Part shown: one piece after another, positions 1 through 9,498 of the stretch
Layout: each line of letters opens with the position of its first letter
Numbering within the stretch: position 1 is the stretch's first letter
Origin: Moraxella nasovis
GTDB lineage: Bacteria; Pseudomonadota; Gammaproteobacteria; Pseudomonadales; Moraxellaceae
Reading direction: 5' to 3'
Assembly: GCF_022701215.1 (NCBI RefSeq)
Contig: NZ_CP089976.1
Coordinates: forward strand, 510,001-542,000
DNA length: 32,000 nucleotides
The notes under the pieces: generated by a model
The model's input: only the letters and a program-made list of their open reading frames with translations
Told to the model about the DNA's origin: nothing
Databases searched by the model: none
Translations under genes and position numbers: made by a program

Positions 1-519
1 GTCTCTAAAAAAGTGCCTACCGCTATCGGTCTTGGCGTGGCAGTTATTGCTGTAATGGCTATCGTTGTGCCATTAAACAATATACTGTACCAATTTTTAT
101 TAAAAGACGGTGCACTTGCTTGGGCGGGCTTTCCTGATGTGGACTTAAGCTTCTTAGGTCTGCTGTCTTATATCGCACTGATTGCAGCAACTGTGCAAAT
201 CTTGGAAATGTTCCTTGATAAATTTATGCCTGCACTGTATAACGCTTTAGGGGTATTCTTACCTCTTATCACAGTAAACTGTGCCATCATGGGTGGCGTA
301 CTGTTCATGGTAGAGCGAGATTACACCATCGCTGAATCTGCCGTTTATGGTCTAAGCTCAGGTCTTGGCTGGGCGGTAGCGATTGTACTACTGGCAGCGA
401 TTCGTGAGAAGCTGAAATACTCGGACGTGCCTGCTCCTTTACGTGGACTTGGCATTACCTTTATTACTGTAGGACTGATGTCGCTTGGCTTTATGTCATT
501 CGGCGGCATGTCGCTATAA
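1..519 (+). CDS. nqrE: Na+-translocating NADH:quinone oxidoreductase subunit E (5' end cut by window edge)
   Basis: Frame 1 is open from base 1 ([12 protein letters not shown]...), so the Met/Val at 13 in the ORF track is internal. The product is a polytopic hydrophobic protein with NqrE/RnfA-type stretches [10 protein letters not shown] and [19 protein letters not shown]. It lies directly upstream of nqrF. Confidence 0.95.
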   Translation, partial: VSKKVPTAIGLGVAVIAVMAIVVPLNNILYQFLLKDGALAWAGFPDVDLSFLGLLSYIALIAATVQILEMFLDKFMPALYNALGVFLPLITVNCAIMGGVLFMVERDYTIAESAVYGLSSGLGWAVAIVLLAAIREKLKYSDVPAPLRGLGITFITVGLMSLGFMSFGGMSL

Positions 520-539
520 CTGATTAGGAGTAAAGTATC

Positions 540-1775
540 ATGGAATTTGGTACAGCATTTGGCGGTGTTGCCATGTTTACTGCCATTATCATGAGCTTGG
601 TTGCTGTCATTTTGGTAGCACGCTCACGATTAGTTAGTTCAGGCAAAGTAACAATCAACATCAACGACAATCCAGAAAACAACATCACCACTTCAGCTGG
701 TGGAAAACTACTACAAACACTTGCCAGCGAAGGCGTATTTTTATCTTCAGCTTGCGGTGGTGGTGGCACTTGTGGGCAATGTCGCTGTCAAGTGACCGAA
801 GGCGGTGGTTCAATCCTACCGACAGAAGAAGGACACTTTACCCAAGGTGAAATTCGTGATAACTGGCGTTTGGCGTGCCAAGTAGCCGTTAAGCAAGACA
901 TGAAAGTTGAGATTGACCCTGAATTCTTTGATGTTAAAAAATGGGAATGCGAAGTTATCTCTAATGATAACGTTGCTACTTTCATTAAAGAACTGACCCT
1001 TAAAATTCCTGAAGGCGAAGTTGTGCCATTTCGTGCTGGTGGCTATGTACAGCTAGAAGCACCAGCACATGAAGTGCATTATAAAGACTTTGATATTGCA
1101 GAAGAATACCGTCCAGACTGGGATCAATTTAATCTATGGCAGTACACTTCTAAAGTAGATGAGCCTGTGATTCGTGCTTACTCAATGGCAAACTATCCAG
1201 AAGAAAAAGGCATCATCAAGTTTAACATTCGTATCGCAAGTCCACCGCCACGTGGGCCTGAAGGCATTCCACCAGGTAAAATGTCATCTTATGTGTTTAG
1301 TCTAAAACCAGGTGATAAAATCACCGTGTCAGGCCCTTATGGCGAGTTTTTTGCCAAAGACACTAAAGCTGAGATGGTATTTATCGGTGGTGGTGCAGGT
1401 ATGGCTCCTATGCGTTCGCACATCTTCGATCAGCTAAAACGTCTAAATTCTGACCGCAAAATCAGCTTTTGGTATGGTGCTAGATCTAAGCGTGAGATGT
1501 TCTATGTAGAAGATTACGATGGGCTTGCTGAAGAGTTTGACAACTTTGAGTGGCATGTTGCTTTATCTGACCCACAGCCAGAAGACAACTGGGAAGGTTA
1601 TACAGGCTTTATTCATAACGTGCTTTATGATAATTACCTAAAAGATCACCCTGCTCCTGAAGATTGTGAATTCTACATGTGTGGGCCACCAGTGATGAAC
1701 GCCGCTGTCATTAAGATGCTCAAAGACTTGGGCGTAGAAGATGAAAACATCTTGCTTGACGACTTTGGCGGTTAA
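540..1775 (+). CDS. nqrF: Na+-translocating NADH:quinone oxidoreductase subunit F
   Basis: AGGAG at 526-530, 9 nt before the ATG. The product has an N-terminal TM helix, a 2Fe-2S ferredoxin motif ([15 protein letters not shown]...C), an FAD motif (RAYSMANY) and an NAD(H) motif ([12 protein letters not shown]). It is 411 aa and collinear with Vibrio NqrF as I remember it. Confidence 0.97.
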   Translation: MEFGTAFGGVAMFTAIIMSLVAVILVARSRLVSSGKVTININDNPENNITTSAGGKLLQTLASEGVFLSSACGGGGTCGQCRCQVTEGGGSILPTEEGHFTQGEIRDNWRLACQVAVKQDMKVEIDPEFFDVKKWECEVISNDNVATFIKELTLKIPEGEVVPFRAGGYVQLEAPAHEVHYKDFDIAEEYRPDWDQFNLWQYTSKVDEPVIRAYSMANYPEEKGIIKFNIRIASPPPRGPEGIPPGKMSSYVFSLKPGDKITVSGPYGEFFAKDTKAEMVFIGGGAGMAPMRSHIFDQLKRLNSDRKISFWYGARSKREMFYVEDYDGLAEEFDNFEWHVALSDPQPEDNWEGYTGFIHNVLYDNYLKDHPAPEDCEFYMCGPPVMNAAVIKMLKDLGVEDENILLDDFGG

Positions 1776-1789
1776 TCCCAAGCTTAAGA

Positions 1790-1817
1790 CCACCCAAAAG
1801 ATTTGGGTGGTTTTTTA
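1790..1817 (+). terminator. Rho-independent terminator after nqrF
   Basis: CCACCCAAA (1790-1798) pairs with TTTGGGTGG (1802-1810) around a short loop. A T6 run follows at 1811-1816. Confidence 0.8.
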
Positions 1818-1880
1818 ATTTGATATTTATTTTATTTTTAGGCTATGCTACACTTTCAAGAAAAACAAAGGGAGGTTGTC

Positions 1881-2327
1881 ATGTTACTAAAAAGCCAAAA
1901 GAGCCTAAATAGCTGGCTTAGCGATTATGCAGTCAGTCATAAAAATATCACAAATAAAAAAATTCATTTTGTTTGTGTGCCTATCATCTTTTTAACCATT
2001 GTTGCTTTTTTAATGGCGATTCACTATGCTGTGATGATGTTTGCAGCCGTATTGGTGCTTTGGTTTTATTTGCGGTTATCTAAATCGTTATTCTTGGCAA
2101 TGGCATTTTTTATGGGGATTTGTGTCGCAATCGTGCATCTTTTAGCATTGCCACTTTGGATATGGATAATGATTTTTATTTTAGCGTGGATTGGTCAATT
2201 CATCGGTCATAAGATAGAAGGAGCAAAGCCCTCTTTCTTTCAAGATTTACAATTTTTGCTCATCGGTCCTGCTTGGGTAGCACTTAGCGTCAGTAGAACA
2301 ATGCCCAAACTTGTCAAAGAAACATAA
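1881..2327 (+). CDS. DUF962 / Mpo1-like family membrane protein
   Basis: I chose the internal ATG at 1881 because GGGAGG sits 6-7 nt upstream; the track start at 1845 has no SD. The product is a small 4-TM protein with N-terminal YxxxHxNxxNKxIHxxCVP and C-terminal GHKIEGxKPSFFQD motifs, typical of DUF962. Confidence 0.7.
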   Translation: MLLKSQKSLNSWLSDYAVSHKNITNKKIHFVCVPIIFLTIVAFLMAIHYAVMMFAAVLVLWFYLRLSKSLFLAMAFFMGICVAIVHLLALPLWIWIMIFILAWIGQFIGHKIEGAKPSFFQDLQFLLIGPAWVALSVSRTMPKLVKET

Positions 2328-2386
2328 AAAGATAACCTAAAATCACTTGCAATTTTATAAAATACGAGTAAAATATCAGAACTATT

Positions 2387-2463
2387 CGGGGTGTAGCGCA
2401 GCTTGGTAGCGCACTTGCATGGGGTGCAAGGGGTCGCGAGTTCGAATCCCGCCACTCCGACCA
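2387..2463 (+). tRNA. tRNA-Pro (anticodon GGG)
   Basis: A 77-nt cloverleaf read by eye. The acceptor stem is CGGGGTG/CACTCCG with one G-U pair, and the D arm is GCGC-AGCTTGGTA-GCGC. The anticodon stem CTTGC/GCAAG carries loop ATGGGGT (anticodon GGG). The T arm is GCGAG-TTCGAATC-CCGCC... and CCA is encoded. It closely resembles E. coli proL. The 74-aa minus-strand ORF over it is an artefact. Confidence 0.93.
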
Positions 2464-2475
2464 TATAATAATCTA

Positions 2476-2510
2476 GGGCTGTCCATAATCATGCGACAGC
2501 CCTTGTTATT
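2476..2510 (+). terminator. Hairpin/terminator after tRNA-Pro
   Basis: GGGCTGTC (2476-2483) pairs with GACAGCCC (2495-2502) around an 11-nt loop, followed by the T-rich TTGTTATTT. Confidence 0.55.
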
Positions 2511-2624
2511 TCTAGGGTTTTAGCGGTTTTGTTATCCGTGATTGTCTATGATTATCTATTGCAAGCCATGAAAAAAGTTGGTATTATTGTTGGTATTGTA
2601 GTTTATTTTTAAAATATACCAGCA

Positions 2625-2733
2625 ATGAGCCTTACAGATACCGCCATTAAACGCTTACAGCCTAGCGACAAAATGCACGCCTAACCGTCCTGATAAGCAT
2701 TCTGATGGGGGCGGTTTATGGCTGACCAAATAA
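2625..2733 (+). pseudogene. Remnant of a P4-type tyrosine integrase (N-terminal arm-binding domain only; frameshifted and truncated)
   Basis: From ATG 2625 the sequence reads MSLTDTAIKRLQPSDKMHA, then TAA at 2682-2684. The +1 frame continues ..PNRPDKHSDGGGLWLTK, then TAA at 2731-2733. The LTDxxI+xL+PxxK...SDGGGLxL pattern is the DUF4102 integrase N-terminus. It is co-oriented with tRNA-Pro and about 160 bp downstream of it. No catalytic domain follows. Confidence 0.6.
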
Positions 2734-2936
2734 TAGTTCAAGGCTTTTGTAGAAATACGAAAAGCCTTTTACTTTATCAGAATTAGTCCTTTTGGTATTC
2801 GTGATAGGCCGTCAAAAAAGACTCAAAACTACTGCTAAATACACCCAACCACCCAAACCAAGACAAAGCTCTCTAACAAACATAGCTGGCTAAAGTATGC
2901 TACAATATACTTTTTAATAAAGACATATTTATACTT

Positions 2937-4394
2937 ATGAAAACACTAAAAAACCCCCATCTTTTCCAAACTTGCTGCCTGATTAATGGCAAATGGCAAC
3001 AAGCCGATAACAACGAAACCATAGACGTTATTAATCCTTTTAGCGGTGATATCATCGGCACTGTGCCAAGCCTATCCACAGAACAAATCACCCAAGCAGT
3101 CGGCTATGCACAAGATGCCTTAGAAGAGTGGCAAAATAAAACTGCCGAAGAACGCAGTAAGGCACTGCATCGCTGGGCGGATTTAATTGATGAAAATGCC
3201 GATGATCTTGCTCTTATCATGACGACCGAACAAGGCAAGCCCATCACTGAGTCTCGTGGTGAGATTGACTACGCCAATAGCTTTATTCGATGGTTTGCTG
3301 AAGAAGCTAAGCGTGTCTATGGTGATGTTATCCTTGCCAAAAAACCAACTCAGCGTCACGTCGTCCTAAAACAAGCCGTTGGCGTCTGTGCTGCCATTAC
3401 CCCTTGGAACTTTCCAGCAGCGATGATTACCCGAAAAGTCGCCCCTGCTCTAGCAGCAGGTTGTACCATCATCGTAAAGCCTGCAACCAAAACGCCTTAC
3501 TCAGCTCTTGCCTTAGCTTACTTAAGCGTACAAGCGGGCATTCCAAAAGGCGTGCTACAAGTTGTTACTGGTAACAGTAGCACGGTTGGCGATGTGTTTA
3601 CTCAAGATCCACGTATTGCCAAGCTGTCTTTTACAGGCTCAACAAAAGTAGGTAGAAAGCTTATGGCACAATGTGCCAGCACCATTAAAAAGCTTTCGCT
3701 GGAGCTTGGCGGAAATGCTCCTTTTATCGTTTTTGACGACGCCGATGTGGAAAAAGCAGCAGACGGTCTGATCGCATCGAAGTTTCGTAACGCAGGACAA
3801 ACGTGCGTTTGTGCCAATCGCATTTATATTCATGAAAAAATACTTGAGTCCTTTTTGGAAATTTTCACCAAAAAGGTTAATGAATTGCAAGTCGGAGATG
3901 GCAAAAATACGGCAACTAACATCGGTCCATTGATTGATGAAGACGCCCTTACAAAGGTTGAACAACTTTTAAAAGACGCTCTAAATAAAGGGGCGACATT
4001 AGTGCAAGGTGGCAAAAAACACCAAGCTTCACCGCTTAGCTTTATGCCGACCATCATCACAGGCATCACAGATCAGATGGATATCGGTCATGAAGAAATC
4101 TTTGGTCCGATTGTTGCCATTCGCACCTTTAATGATGAGCAAACTGTCATCCATCAAGCCAACGATACCATCTATGGCTTAGCGGCTTACTTTTATACCC
4201 AAAATCATGCCAGAGCGTGGCGTGTGTGCGAGCAGCTAGAATATGGCATGGTTGGGCAAAATACAGGGCTTATCTCCACTGAAGTTGCTCCATTCGGCGG
4301 GGTTAAGCAGTCAGGATTTGGGCGTGAAGGCTCAAAATACGGCATTGATGAATACATCACCACCAAATACTGGTGTATAGATATTGGTAGCTAA
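2937..4394 (+). CDS. gabD: NAD(P)+-dependent succinate-semialdehyde dehydrogenase (aldehyde dehydrogenase superfamily)
   Basis: The 485-aa product is collinear with E. coli GabD from the N-terminus (LFxxxxLINGxW) onward. Shared stretches include AAITPWNFPAAMITRKxxPALAAGCT, the catalytic region ELGGNAPFIVFDDAD, FRNAGQTCVCANR and the C-terminal EGSKYGIxxY. Confidence 0.9.
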   Translation: MKTLKNPHLFQTCCLINGKWQQADNNETIDVINPFSGDIIGTVPSLSTEQITQAVGYAQDALEEWQNKTAEERSKALHRWADLIDENADDLALIMTTEQGKPITESRGEIDYANSFIRWFAEEAKRVYGDVILAKKPTQRHVVLKQAVGVCAAITPWNFPAAMITRKVAPALAAGCTIIVKPATKTPYSALALAYLSVQAGIPKGVLQVVTGNSSTVGDVFTQDPRIAKLSFTGSTKVGRKLMAQCASTIKKLSLELGGNAPFIVFDDADVEKAADGLIASKFRNAGQTCVCANRIYIHEKILESFLEIFTKKVNELQVGDGKNTATNIGPLIDEDALTKVEQLLKDALNKGATLVQGGKKHQASPLSFMPTIITGITDQMDIGHEEIFGPIVAIRTFNDEQTVIHQANDTIYGLAAYFYTQNHARAWRVCEQLEYGMVGQNTGLISTEVAPFGGVKQSGFGREGSKYGIDEYITTKYWCIDIGS

Positions 4395-4478
4395 CCACCT
4401 TTTATAAGCCCTTTGGCTCGCCCATTCATAGTATGCCAAGCTGCATGACGGACAAGGCAAAATTACTTTTGGTAAAAT

Positions 4479-5351
4479 ATGACAAAGTCGCCCAGCCCAC
4501 ACACAGGCTCTTATCTTGGTTCTTTATGGATGATAGCAGCAGCAGTCTGCTTCACCATGATGGGAGTTTTGGTTAAAATGTCCGCCCAAAAATTTGCCAT
4601 GCACGGCTATGAACTGTCGTTTTGGCGAATGGGTTTTGCAACACTTGTATTAGGGCTGCACGCTGGTTTGACGGGCGGAAATTTTCACACCAAATACCCA
4701 AAAGCTCACTTTTATCGCAGCATGGTTGGCGGTATTAGTGTTTTGATGTTTTTTTATGGCATTAGTCACTTACCACTTGCCACCGCCATTAGTTTTAACT
4801 ACACATCAGCGATATTTTTAGCGGTGTGGTCGGTGATTATTTTAGGTCAGCGTCCTCACCCTTTGACATGGTTCGCTTTGGTCATTGGTTTTGGTGGCAT
4901 CGTCTTACTGCTAAAGCCTGCCATCATGTCAAGCGGTATCACGCCTGCCATTATCGGCATCTCAAGCGGCGCAATGGCAGGATATGCTTACTTGCAAGTG
5001 CGAGAGCTATCACTGCTTGGTGAACCGTCTTGGCGGATTGTGTTTTATTTTGCACTCGTAGCGACAGTACTTTCTGCCATCGCAACCACCATTCAAGGCT
5101 GGACCATCATCACTTGGGAAATCTTACCCTTTGTGCTTGGCATTGGTATAACTGCTCTCGCCGCCCAGCTGATGATGACGCACGCCTATAAGGTTGGGCG
5201 TAAATTTATGGTGGCATCACTAAGCTACTGCACCGTGCTTTTATCAACTTTATATGGATTTGTTGTGTTTGACGAAGTGTTAGACATCCTATCGCTTATC
5301 GGCATTGGTCTGATTATTTGTAGTGGGATTTTAGCAGGAATGCGTGGATAA
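4479..5351 (+). CDS. EamA/DMT-family (drug/metabolite exporter) membrane protein
   Basis: A 290-aa protein with about 10 TM segments and the two-fold internal repeat architecture of EamA domains. No specific substrate can be inferred. Confidence 0.8.
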   Translation: MTKSPSPHTGSYLGSLWMIAAAVCFTMMGVLVKMSAQKFAMHGYELSFWRMGFATLVLGLHAGLTGGNFHTKYPKAHFYRSMVGGISVLMFFYGISHLPLATAISFNYTSAIFLAVWSVIILGQRPHPLTWFALVIGFGGIVLLLKPAIMSSGITPAIIGISSGAMAGYAYLQVRELSLLGEPSWRIVFYFALVATVLSAIATTIQGWTIITWEILPFVLGIGITALAAQLMMTHAYKVGRKFMVASLSYCTVLLSTLYGFVVFDEVLDILSLIGIGLIICSGILAGMRG

Positions 5352-5358
5352 CTTCTTG

Positions 5359-6114
5359 TTAATACCAAACAAACCAGCCAAACTTTACAGCATTATCCCA
5401 GATAATTTTTATCGCTATGACCGTTAATATCCACGGCATAGCCACCTTTAACCATGTCATCGGCAGACGATGGCGAAGTCGTACGCCTAGATACGAGCCA
5501 AATACTGCTGCTGCCACCATTAATCCAATTAATTGCCAATACTGCCAAAAAGCAAAGCCCATTGACACATACACCATAAGCTTTAGTGTATGCACCACCG
5601 TCATCATCATTGAACCGACAGTTACAGCAACACTTTTATCGTCATAAAGTTTAAGCAACATTGGCATATGTAGCGGTCCAGGCGCTCCAACAAACATACC
5701 TATGCCCACCTGCAAAAACCCAATTAAATAAAAGTTTTCAATACCTTTTAACAGCTGATTAATGCGGCTTGAATGCTGCGTTAGTAAGATGTAGCACGCA
5801 ATAAACAGTGGCACCAAATCAAGCTGGACAAAGCGTACCAACACCCCAAAAACAATGACACCTGTAAATGCACCGATAACAAATGGTTTTAAATGAGTAA
5901 AGTCAATCTCATCACGACCAAACCAAATACGGCTAACATTACTAGACAGTTGGGTTATCCCATGTATTGGTACGATGGCAAAAGCAGGCAAAAACATCGG
6001 CATGAGTCCAATAAGGATAGTCCCACCGCCAACACCTGTAATACCTGCTAAAGCAGAAGTGAAAAGATTGATTATAGACAAGGTCAAATCAGTCCAGATA
6101 CTCTGCTCATACAT
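5359..6114 (-). CDS. TauE/SafE-family (DUF81) anion permease
   Basis: A polytopic membrane protein with G-rich helices (GITGVGGGTILIG, VGAPGPL) typical of TauE/SafE. I chose the start at 6114 (MYEQS...) because AAGGA lies about 9 nt upstream; the track start at 6159 has none. Confidence 0.78.
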   Translation of the reverse strand: MYEQSIWTDLTLSIINLFTSALAGITGVGGGTILIGLMPMFLPAFAIVPIHGITQLSSNVSRIWFGRDEIDFTHLKPFVIGAFTGVIVFGVLVRFVQLDLVPLFIACYILLTQHSSRINQLLKGIENFYLIGFLQVGIGMFVGAPGPLHMPMLLKLYDDKSVAVTVGSMMMTVVHTLKLMVYVSMGFAFWQYWQLIGLMVAAAVFGSYLGVRLRHRLPMTWLKVAMPWILTVIAIKIIWDNAVKFGWFVWY

Positions 6115-6387
6115 TGCAATATTTCCTTTACTCTTTGGAAAAAAGTATCTTATCAGCAATAGTTTTGATACACAAACCTTTTATCACACTTGTTTGATTA
6201 AAACATAATATTTTGATTGTAAGTTACATTATTTTCTTTTATCATAACCAGATTTTGTAATACTAGATTAACTTTGAGTTACAAAACAAAATCAGTTTTC
6301 TTACCTAATTTAGCAAAATTTTAAACATTGGTAATGAAACATTAACCATCAACACTAAGGTTTACCCTTATTTTTAAGGAAAATGCA

Positions 6388-7401
6388 ATGAAAGCACTTA
6401 AATACGGAATGCTTGGTTTATCTATTTTGGCACTAACAGCATGTGGTGGCGATAAGAATGAAGCCGTAAAATCAGATGTTGGCACATCACCAAAACGCCC
6501 AGAATGTATCGCTCCTGCTAAGCCGGGTGGTGGGTTTGATTTGACATGTAAGCTTGCACAATCTGGTCTAAAAGATCTAGACCTACTAGATAAGCCAATG
6601 CGTGTGACTTATATGCCAGGTGGTGTGGGTGCGGTAGCCTACAACAAAATCGCTGCCAACGACCGTGCTAATGGCGATGCGATTATTGCCTTTTCAACTG
6701 GTTCAATCTTAAACCTAGCTCAAGGCAAATTTGGTCAATTCACCGAAAAAGACGTTAAATGGCTGGCTGCTGTCGGCACAGATTATGGCATGGTAGCAGT
6801 AAATGCCGATTCACCTTATCAGAACCTACAAGACCTTGTTGATGCTCTTAAAAAAGATCCAAAATCCATCACCTTTGGGGCAGGTGGTAGTGTCGGCGGC
6901 CAAGACTGGATGCAAACTGCCCTACTCGCAAAAGCTGCTGGCATTAATCCAAACGATATGGGATATGTGGCAATGGAAGGTGGTGGTGAAGCTGTGACTG
7001 CCGTACTTGGTAACCATATTCAAGCAGTGAGTGCAGGCATTGCTGAAGTTATGCCGCACGTTGAAGCAGGTAAATTACGAGTGCTTGCTGTATTTGCCGA
7101 TAAGCGACTTGAAGGCGAAAGCATGAAAGACATTCCAACTGCAAAAGAACAAGGTTATGATGTGCAGTGGCCTGTCATTCGTGGTTACTACATGGGTCCA
7201 GATGTCTCAGAAGAGTCATACCAGTGGTGGAAAGCCCAGTTTGACGCCATGCTTGCTGATCCAAAATTTGCCAAACTGCGTGCTCAACGTGAACTTCTAC
7301 CATTTGCCATGACAGGTGATGAGCTTACTCAGTACATCTATAAAGAAACAGAAGCACTACGTCAAAGATCTCAAGAGTTTAATCTTGTAGAAAACAAATA
7401 G
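6388..7401 (+). CDS. tctC: Tripartite tricarboxylate transporter substrate-binding protein (Bug/TctC family), predicted lipoprotein
   Basis: AAGGAA SD. The signal peptide ends in the lipobox LALTAC. The product has Bug-family length and motifs (YMPGGVGAVAYN, GGSVGGQDW). It is followed by tctB and tctA. Confidence 0.88.
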   Translation: MKALKYGMLGLSILALTACGGDKNEAVKSDVGTSPKRPECIAPAKPGGGFDLTCKLAQSGLKDLDLLDKPMRVTYMPGGVGAVAYNKIAANDRANGDAIIAFSTGSILNLAQGKFGQFTEKDVKWLAAVGTDYGMVAVNADSPYQNLQDLVDALKKDPKSITFGAGGSVGGQDWMQTALLAKAAGINPNDMGYVAMEGGGEAVTAVLGNHIQAVSAGIAEVMPHVEAGKLRVLAVFADKRLEGESMKDIPTAKEQGYDVQWPVIRGYYMGPDVSEESYQWWKAQFDAMLADPKFAKLRAQRELLPFAMTGDELTQYIYKETEALRQRSQEFNLVENK

Positions 7402-7426
7402 ATTATCAAACCCGCTCTAAAATTTA

Positions 7427-7457
7427 TTTTAAGCAAGGTTTCTTGCCTTGCTTAAAA
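7427..7457 (+). other. Intercistronic stem-loop between tctC and tctB
   Basis: TTTTAAGCAAGG (7427-7438) pairs with CCTTGCTTAAAA (7446-7457) around a 7-nt loop. There is no trailing T tract, so it is more likely an mRNA-stabilising or attenuating hairpin than a full terminator. Confidence 0.5.
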
Positions 7458-7470
7458 TTAAGGCAAATTC

Positions 7471-7923
7471 ATGATAGAACGTATTTTTTCTGGATTATTG
7501 GCATGCACCTGTCTTATCATGCTGTATATGGCATGGGGTTATACTGCTGCTATTGCCTACGACCCTATTGGACCACGCCCCTATCCAGTTATGTTGCTGG
7601 TTTTATTAGCAATACTGACTGGCATTATCGCTTTAAGACCAGCTCGATTCGCTGATAAAGTAAAAATGGGTCTATCTGCACCCATCATCAAGCATTTGGT
7701 AGTGTGTACGGTTGCACTGACTTTATATGCTATATTATTTGAAGTGCTTGGATATATCATTGCCACAACACTCATGGCATGGGCTTTAGGTATTTTATTT
7801 GGTGGGTCGTGGATTAAGGCTTTTGTTTCATCAGCGGTGATTGCTATTGCTTCATTTTTCTTATTTAATGGACCGCTTGAAGTCAGCTTACCCGCTGGTC
7901 CTTTAGCATTTTTGGTGGGATGA
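7471..7923 (+). CDS. tctB: Tripartite tricarboxylate transporter small membrane subunit
   Basis: A 150-aa, 4-TM protein positioned between tctC and tctA. AAGG lies upstream of the ATG. Confidence 0.8.
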   Translation: MIERIFSGLLACTCLIMLYMAWGYTAAIAYDPIGPRPYPVMLLVLLAILTGIIALRPARFADKVKMGLSAPIIKHLVVCTVALTLYAILFEVLGYIIATTLMAWALGILFGGSWIKAFVSSAVIAIASFFLFNGPLEVSLPAGPLAFLVG

Positions 7924-7927
7924 TTTC

Positions 7928-9430
7928 ATGGGAACTTTTGATTTTTTAATGCATGGCTTTAGCATTGCCATGACGCCTGAGAACCTACTCATTGCTCTTA
8001 TTGGTGCTTTTATCGGTACAATCGTTGGTATGCTTCCTGGCTTAGGTCCAATCAATGGCGTGGCAATTTTACTACCCATTGCTTATGCCTTAGGCTTGCC
8101 GCCTGAATCGGCATTGATTTTACTTGCGGCTGTCTATCTAGGCTGTGAATATGGTGGCCGTATCTCAGCCATTCTCATTAACGTGCCAGGCGATGCTGCT
8201 GCCATCATGTCCACACTTGACGGCTATCCACTTGCCAAGCAAGGCAAAGCAGGCATTGCCTTATCTTTATCTGCATTTAGCTCGTTTATCGGTTCAATGA
8301 TTGCCATTACTGGCGTGGTGTTATTTGCTCCATTACTAGCCAACTGGGCAGTATCATTTGGCCCTGCCGAATACTTTGTTCTTATGGTGTTTGCCATCAC
8401 TTCTCTTAGCGGTCTAGTCGGTGATGCACCAATCAAAACAGGCGTCGCAGCTTTAATAGGATTGGTACTAGCGACGGTCGGTGTAGATGCTGTTACAGGC
8501 GTGTACCGCTTTACCTTTGATTCGGTTAATCTTGCAGATGGCATCCAATTTACCACCATTGTTATTGGCTTTTTTAGCGTTAGTGAGATTCTCATCATGC
8601 TAGAAAACACTGCCACAGGTCAAAAGGCACTTGAGCAGGGCAAACGTAGCTTACTTAGCTTTAAAGAATTTGTCTTTAGTCTTGGGGCAATCGTTCGTAG
8701 CGGTCTGACTGGTTTTGTTGTGGGTGTGCTGCCTGGTGCAGGAGCAACCATTGCCAGTGCAATGACTTATTCAAACGAGCGTAAAATCGCAGGTGAAACA
8801 GGTAAGTTTGGTAACGGTGATTTACGTGGGATTGCCGCTCCAGAGGCCGCCAATAATGCTTCAGCGTGCGGGTCATTTATACCCATGCTAACTCTTGGCG
8901 TGCCAGGCTCTGGTACAACTGCTGTTATGATGGGAGCATTAACACTATACAATATCACACCAGGTCCGCAGTTATTTGCTGAACAGCCTGATATTGTATG
9001 GAGTTTGATTGCATCATTATTCATTGGTAACATCATCTTATTAGCCCTTAACTTACCACTCGTGAAGTTCTTTGCTAAGCTCTTAGACATTCCAAACTAC
9101 ATTCTCATCCCCGCCATCGCAGCGGTGAGTTTTGTGGGGGTGTACTCTATTCACAGCACAACTTTTGACTTAATACTAATGATTGCTCTGGGTGTTTTTG
9201 GCTATTTCTTGCGTAAGCTAAACTTTCCATTATCTGCTCTTATCTTAGGCTATGTTCTAGGGAATCTAATGGAATCTAGCCTACGTCGCGCCCTATCCAT
9301 CTCTCAAGGCGATCTTGGTATTTTATGGGGCAGCCCAATCACCATCGCTTTATGGTGCTTAGCAGCTATGATGGTGCTATTACCCATCTATCGTCTGGTT
9401 ACTGGCAAAAAATCAAAGAAAATCACCTAA
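7928..9430 (+). CDS. tctA: Tripartite tricarboxylate transporter large permease subunit
   Basis: A 500-aa polytopic protein with TctA-type motifs (GMLPGLGP, GVLPGAGATIASAMTY, PEAANNA). It starts 4 nt after the tctB stop. Confidence 0.92.
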   Translation: MGTFDFLMHGFSIAMTPENLLIALIGAFIGTIVGMLPGLGPINGVAILLPIAYALGLPPESALILLAAVYLGCEYGGRISAILINVPGDAAAIMSTLDGYPLAKQGKAGIALSLSAFSSFIGSMIAITGVVLFAPLLANWAVSFGPAEYFVLMVFAITSLSGLVGDAPIKTGVAALIGLVLATVGVDAVTGVYRFTFDSVNLADGIQFTTIVIGFFSVSEILIMLENTATGQKALEQGKRSLLSFKEFVFSLGAIVRSGLTGFVVGVLPGAGATIASAMTYSNERKIAGETGKFGNGDLRGIAAPEAANNASACGSFIPMLTLGVPGSGTTAVMMGALTLYNITPGPQLFAEQPDIVWSLIASLFIGNIILLALNLPLVKFFAKLLDIPNYILIPAIAAVSFVGVYSIHSTTFDLILMIALGVFGYFLRKLNFPLSALILGYVLGNLMESSLRRALSISQGDLGILWGSPITIALWCLAAMMVLLPIYRLVTGKKSKKIT

Positions 9431-9498
9431 TCTGTTAAAGCGCGCTACCTTTGAAATTGGTCATTTAGATAGGAAAAATGGTGCGTTTTTTAAGGAAA

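Noticed and set aside
1845-1880. Longer N-terminal extensions offered by the ORF track for several genes (starts at 1845, 6159, 23523, 25057 and 27512)
   Set aside because: Internal ATGs have proper SD sequences, remove overlaps with upstream genes, and give lengths or N-termini matching known homologues (DapD 274 aa, and lipoprotein signal peptides starting near the N-terminus).
2240-2464. 74-aa minus-strand ORF (MVGVAGFELATPCTPCK...)
   Set aside because: It is the antisense translation of the tRNA-Pro gene plus the 3' end of the DUF962 gene. This is a classic tRNA-shadow artefact.
5345-5365. Convergent EamA and TauE genes separated by only 7 bp with no terminator
   Set aside because: Tight convergent junctions are common. 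There is no structure or motif to interpret, so it is not worth a finding.
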